A stretch of DNA of 64,000 bases from Macrostomum hystrix. Its lineage: Eukaryota > Animalia > Platyhelminthes. Below the pieces are notes generated by a model, which saw nothing but the letters and a program-made list of their open reading frames with translations, was not told where the DNA came from and made no database searches. Below are positions 58,579-64,000 of the stretch, piece after piece (positions within the stretch are counted from its first letter, which is position 1; each line of letters starts with the position of its first letter). The stretch is from NCBI GenBank assembly GCA_950097015.1, contig CATNEN010000011.1, positions 2,542,001 to 2,606,000 of the forward strand. The letters run 5' to 3'. Position numbers and translations under genes: made by a program.

Positions 58579-61500
58579 TCAATCTCGCAGGTATCGCCGG
58601 TAGAAGTCGCGGACATCCAGCATCACCTTTGAGTTGTCACGCATTCTCACCTCCACAGCCTCAATGCTGGGCAGGTAAACTTCGCGCTGTCCAAGCCGGA
58701 CTGGTGGTAGCTGTGGCTCCAACGGCTGCTGCGGCGGCGGCGGCGGCTGCGATGACAGATGCTGCAGTTCTAGCTGCCGCAGCTGCTGGGATTGGGGCTG
58801 CGGTGCCGGAGGCGTCAGCGGTGGATCAGCTCGACCCCGGCCGGTGTAGGTCTCGGGGTTCGACCGGTAGGCGCCGAGGTCTGGCGGGGGCGGCGGACTT
58901 CGTGACCGCGAAATCCGGTACTGATACGGCTCCTGCATCGCTGATGTCGAAGGCGGCGGCAGCTCCTGTTGAAGTACTTGACGCTGCATCGAAGGCGGCT
59001 CCGTTGACATCAACGAGGACTTTCCAACGCCCCGATAGCGCTCCAAGGAGGCTGGCGGTGGTGGCCCTCTGACACTGTCCGGACGCTGCCTGTCTGACAA
59101 CTCGCCCGCATCCGGACGCAGCTCCGTCGGAGGCGAAACCGGCGGAGACTCGAGCTCCAGCTGACTCGAGGTCGGCTGAAGGGGTGGCAGATGATGCGGC
59201 GGCAGTGGCTGCTGGTAATAGCTCCCGTTTGTCCCGTATCCGTAGTTGTCCAGACCACTGTCCAGTCCCTGCGTCGGCTGCTGCGAATCTTGCTGCCCAA
59301 ATCGGGCCTGCATTGGATGACATTTCGAGACGGGATAGATCAACGATATGAAATATTGCTATTCAACACATTTAATAAAAATAAAAATATCTGTACGAGG
59401 GCCGTTTTCACTGAAATCATTTGGTGACACTAGATCCGCAGCCAGCAGAGGCAATTCTGCCCATTTCGCTGACCCGGGAACACACACGCACACAGATACT
59501 GTACGCGGGCACACACTCACACTGGTGTACATCTGCCCTGACTTTCTCATCGTCAGACAGCCTTTCAATGTGCCTTGGAGGCTCGCATTCAAGGGCGTAT
59601 ATGCTAGATGAGCCGGCAAGCCTTCTCTACACGGCTGCACCCCATAGATGAGACACGGGATAGATGAGACCGAGGAGAGATGAGACACTGGATAGATGAG
59701 ACCGAGTAGAGATGAAACACGGGAGAGATGAGACACGGGAGAGATGAGACACGGGAGAGAAATGAGACACGGGAGAGATGAGACACGGGAGAGAAATGAG
59801 ACACGGGAGAGATGAGACACGGAAGAGAAATGAGACACGGGGGAGAGATGAGACACGGGAGAGATGAGACACGGGAGAGATGAGACACGGGATAGATGAG
59901 ACACAGGAGAGATGAGACACGGGAGAGAAATGAGACACGGGAGAGAGATGAGACACGGGAGAGATGAGACACGGGAGAGATAAGACACGGGAGAGAAATG
60001 AGACACGGGAGAGAAATGAGACACGGGAGAAATGAGACCGAGGAGAGATGAGACTAAAGATCTTAATCCTTAATACCTAGATGAATTAATATCCCTATAC
60101 CAGCAGTCCGAAAAAAATAATTCACAAAGACGTGAAATTCCAATAATAAAGAAACACTTGAGAAGTCTAACATCTGCTTAAAGTTTCGGAAATCAAGCTG
60201 CTGTATTAATATTTCCCCCGTCGCTATCGAAAATAGGCATCATAAGTTCGTGGGAGAAATAAGTCAGATAAGTCAGCACAGGTCAAGTGCAAGTCTGGAC
60301 TCGCTGAAACTCGACATTCGAAGTCGATTCCTAGACTCAATCTTCCCCATCCAATTATCGATTAGTTCCACTCGACAGGGCGAAGTCGCTGAAAACTTCA
60401 TCAAGATCTAAAGAAAAAAAATAGCTGCCAGAAGTTTAAACAGACCCTGAAACCCGGCTTCTGACTCTGCATCTAGTCATGACCTTTTAACTCGCTAGAG
60501 AGAAAGAAGTATTTAACAATTTCTGGCGTATTGACAAAATCCATTCAAGTCGCCGTCCATTCGACTCTATCGACGTGTTTTCATCGACAGTCGAGTGAGA
60601 TTTTCGACTTGTGTTTGGCGAATGATGAAATCGATGGATGCTGCACGCTGGGAACTGGGTCTAGTAAAACTTTTTCAGAATTGGAAATCTGAAGAATGAT
60701 TAAATTCGCATTCTACTTTGTATTTTAGCTCGGATAAAGAAAGACTGCTTGCGTTTTACACATTTTTCCGTTCAATTTCAACAAAACTGGCATTCAATTT
60801 CGGCAAGCCGACAATCAAATTCGTCAGTTTATATTTAGCTTGACAAAAAATCAACATTCGATTTCGGCAACTGGCATTCGATTTCATACAGTCACAAAAG
60901 CTATTGTACTGTCTATGGTAAAAGGGGGTTGCAGCGTGTAGGACTCTCATTCGATTTCATACAGTCACAAAAGCTATTGTACTGTCTATGGTAAAAGGGG
61001 GTTGCAGCGTGTAGGACTCTCATTCGATTTCATACAGTCACAAAAGCTATTGTACTGTCTATGGTAAAAGGGGGTTGCAGCGTGTAGGACTCTCATTCGA
61101 TTTCATACAGTCACAAAAGCTATTGTACTGTCTATGGTAAAAGGGGGTTGCAGCGTGTAGGACTCTCATTCGATTTCATACAGTCACAAAAGCTATTGTA
61201 CTGTCTATGGTAAAAGGGGGTTGCAGCGTGTAGGACTCTCATTCGATTTCATACAGTCACAAAAGCTATTGTACTGTCTATGGTAAAAGGGGGTTGCAGC
61301 GTGTAGAACTCTCATTCGATTTCGGCATCTTGCATTCAATTTCAACCATAGATATCCCAATCACATCCATGCAACATGTACAGACCATAGAGCCCGATAG
61401 AGATAGAGTCCATGGTTGAAGCTTGATGCCCATGAGAGCGGGCAAGACTTGTCTGCCTTGCAAGACTCATGAATATCAGTAGATCGACTGCATATTTCAT

Positions 61501-62564
61501 CGTACGATCAGGTCGTCGCGAACGGTACAACCACTACTACCCCTGTAAAAAATTCGGCTGCTTCTTCGGCGGGTTTTTTGTGCAAAATAGGAGTGGAATC
61601 TACCAAAATCCCCCCTATCTTGCAAGAGTTAAAGAAACCACCCAGGAAGCAGCCGATGTAACCGTAAATTGTGCGGAAACCGCCGAAGAATCACCCGAAC
61701 CAGTGGCCCATGGGACAACCAGAGAATTATTTACGGGCGATTCCTCGGCGGTTTCTGAGCATGGAATCTTCCGAACTGGAGGATTCTTTGGGTGATTCCA
61801 TTTCGCACCGAGAAAACGCCCAGTTGGGTAGATTCCAAGCATGGAATCATCCGATTGGTATGTTTCCAGCGTTCGGCTGTTTCTTTTTCTGGAAACACCG
61901 CAGATTCCAACTGGAATCACCCAAAGAAACATGTCTATTTTTTAGCGGGACAAGCCGAAATTTTAATGTTGCTTGTTGAATTTGAATGTGCGTTTGCTGA
62001 ATTGGAATGTTGACTTGTCAAGCTAAATATAAACTGACAAATTTAATTGTCGGCTTGCCGAAATTGAATGCGAGTTTTGTTGAGATTGAACGGAAAAAGG
62101 TTTAAAGATTTGAATGAGTAGAAAGCGTATCCTGAGGATCTTGAACAGTTCTAAGGACATGTGGAGGATTTGGGTACTGAGGACCTCCTGGGGATCTGGG
62201 GAAGTTTTGAATAGGAACTGACAATGTTCTGAAGACGTCTCGAGAACCAAGAAGGATTCCAATTGCCATTAACAGAAGGAAGAACAAAGAGAATCTGATA
62301 AGCGAGGCCCACCTGCTGCAGCTCAGCGCGCTGCTCCTGCAGTCTGGAGAAGCCCGGCGGCGCTCTATAAAACTGTCCGTCGCGTCGAAGAAAGTCGCCA
62401 TACTCGGCCGCCGTTGTCGGAGAGCCAGCTTTGCGCACGTCCAAATCGTAGTTTTTCAATCGTTCAGGCACGGTGATAAGCGACACCTTGCTAGCGTCAT
62501 AGAAGTTGCCGTAGGTGTCATTGCTAGTGAATGCTGGCACATAGGAATTTCGATAGAAGGCCAT
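58579..62564 (-). CDS. Hypothetical Pro/Gln-rich protein of about 326 aa. Exons 62564-62313 and 59307-58579
   Basis: GC-rich, exon-like composition. The phase-0 donor CAG|gtggg joins the phase-0 acceptor atgcag|GCC to give an open frame ending DFYRRYLRD*. No family recognised. Confidence 0.65.
59415..59645 (-). mobile_element. Partial SINE family 2 copy
   Basis: catttggtgacactagatccgcagccagc...gtgtacatctgccctgactttctcatcgtcag matches the family. Confidence 0.8.
59645..60055. repeat. 16-18-bp minisatellite (gagatgagacacggga)
   Basis: Direct periodicity; the reverse-complement array is at 63510-63965. Confidence 0.93.
60763..62098. mobile_element. Foldback-like non-autonomous element with about 110-bp terminal inverted repeats
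   Basis: tttttccgttcaatttcaacaaaactggcattcaatttcggcaagccgacaat...tttatatttagcttgacaa is mirrored at about 61995-62098. Confidence 0.8.
60877..61322. repeat. 73-bp tandem repeat, about 6 near-identical copies, inside the foldback element
   Basis: ctcattcgat at 60946, 61019 and onward (73-nt spacing). Confidence 0.95.
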
Positions 62565-63425
62565 TTCACTGTTGCCGGGTGCGTGCGCTTACCTTTCTAA
62601 ACTCAAATGCCGCTTCTAATGCTAGTCTACGATATTAGAATACGGTTTTAAAGGCTGTGAAGAGGGTCTCTCAGGTAGAGACCATGCACCATGGCAACAA
62701 AAGGCGTTTAGAATAGTTTGCCTAGGCGAGTGGTCTCAAACTCAACTCTGCCATACTCAACCAGTGTACGTGGACACTTATTGTGTTGATGAAGATCTAG
62801 ATTAGAGAAAAACCTTAGGAGACTTAGAGACAGTTGATTAAATTAAGGAATGAAAAACTGAATAATGAACGCTACAAGCCTATTCACAAACAGCGACTCG
62901 GGGCTGCACAGAGTAAAATTGTTTGCTCATTTTAAAACTCATATGAGCAGTTGGTCTGAGTACTCGCGTGCGCGTGCACACACATACACACACGCAACTA
63001 ATAGAAGACTTTGCTTATATACTCGTAGTGTTTCTTCTGACCGTTCAACAGCTTCTAGAAGTTTCCAGTGTCAAACGCATTGAGAAGGGTAAATTGATGA
63101 ACAAAATTACACATAGTTTTTAATTATGTATTCGACAGCACAGAAACATTTCTTCGGAAAATTCCAATATTGCTATTGATTGCTGTGTAGCCAGGCTACT
63201 GATAAGTAGTCTGAATTGTTCATATCGTTTGTGAATGGAAGGAAAAACTGTATTGTTAAGCTTAAATTTTAAATAAGAAATAATAACAGATAACGCTTGT
63301 TTTATTAGAATTGGCATAAGACTAGTGTTTCTAGCAGCAAAATACAGCAAGTAGTTTTTATGACAAAATGTACTTTTTTCGTAATTCCTAAATCGATGGG
63401 CTGATTAACTGACCTTATGCTAGGA

Positions 63426-63500
63426 CAGGGGTCGGCAAACTCCGGCCCGCGGGCCAGATGCGGCCCTCGAAGCTCCCAAATCCGGCCCGTTGCCCCTTCT
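63426..63500 (+). mobile_element. Left end of a hAT-Charlie (MER58-like) non-autonomous element
   Basis: caggggtcggcaaactccggcccgcgggccagatgcggccc resembles the MER58-type terminus from memory. The preceding 8 bp (tgctagga) contain a CTAG core. Confidence 0.65.
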
Positions 63501-63509
63501 GACATCTAC

Positions 63510-63965
63510 AGTGTCCTGTTTCATCTCTCCCGTGTCTCATCGCTCTCGTGTCTAATCTCTCCCGTGTCTAATCTCTCCCGTGTCTAATCTCTTCCCTATC
63601 TTATCTCTCCCGTGTCTCATCTCTCTCGTGTCTCATCTCTCTCGTGTCTCATCTCTCCCGTGTCTCATCTCTCTCGTGTCTAATCTCTTCCCTATCTTAT
63701 CTCTCCCGTGTCTCATCTCTCCCGTGTCTCATCGCTCTCGTGTCTAATCTCTCCCGTGTCTAATCTCTCCCGTGTCTAATCTCTTCCCTATCTTATCTCT
63801 CCCGTGTCTTATCTCTCCCGTGTCTCATCTCTCTCGTGTCTCATCTCTCCCGTGTCTAATCTCTCCCGTGTCTCATCTCTCTCGTGTCTCATCTCTCCCG
63901 TGTCTCATCTCTCTCGTGTCCCATCTTTCCTGTGTCTCATCTCTCCCGTATCTCATCTCTCCTCT
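63510..63965. repeat. 16-18-bp minisatellite (tctcccgtgtctcatctc)
   Basis: Direct periodicity; reverse complement of the 59645-60055 unit. Confidence 0.93.
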
Positions 63966-64000
63966 ATCTCATATTTATACAGTCAATGCGGCCCGCTGTC

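Noticed and set aside
52915-61322. Regular 34-bp and 73-bp repeats as CRISPR-like arrays
   Set aside because: No unique spacers, no cas genes, and a eukaryotic intron context.
62102-62401. 99-aa ORF resembling a type II membrane protein
   Set aside because: It overlaps the orphan's exon in another frame and runs through the donor into AT-richer intron; the spliced model explains the region better.

Overview
Eukaryotic (metazoan) genomic DNA, not prokaryotic. Eight intron-containing genes are separated and interrupted by about 25 different minisatellite arrays, two tRNA-derived SINE families and several non-autonomous DNA elements. GC-rich CAG-tract exons with satellite-filled introns suggest a free-living flatworm such as Macrostomum (inference only). 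Genes, with splice junctions read by hand: phosphorylase kinase beta (PHKB, 5' end outside the window), NDOR1, a four-module CCN protein, an effector caspase, RBM48, an RJL-family GTPase lacking a J domain, an alpha7-type nicotinic acetylcholine receptor subunit, and a two-exon orphan. The main find, invisible in the ORF track, is in the nAChR gene. It has two adjacent pairs of equal-length, same-phase duplicated exons: 195 nt x2 (loop C + TM1) and 87 nt x2 (pore-lining TM2). These predict up to four receptors from one gene, and candidate RNA-structure elements lie beside them. Most long ORFs in the track are stop-free readings of tandem repeats and are rejected.
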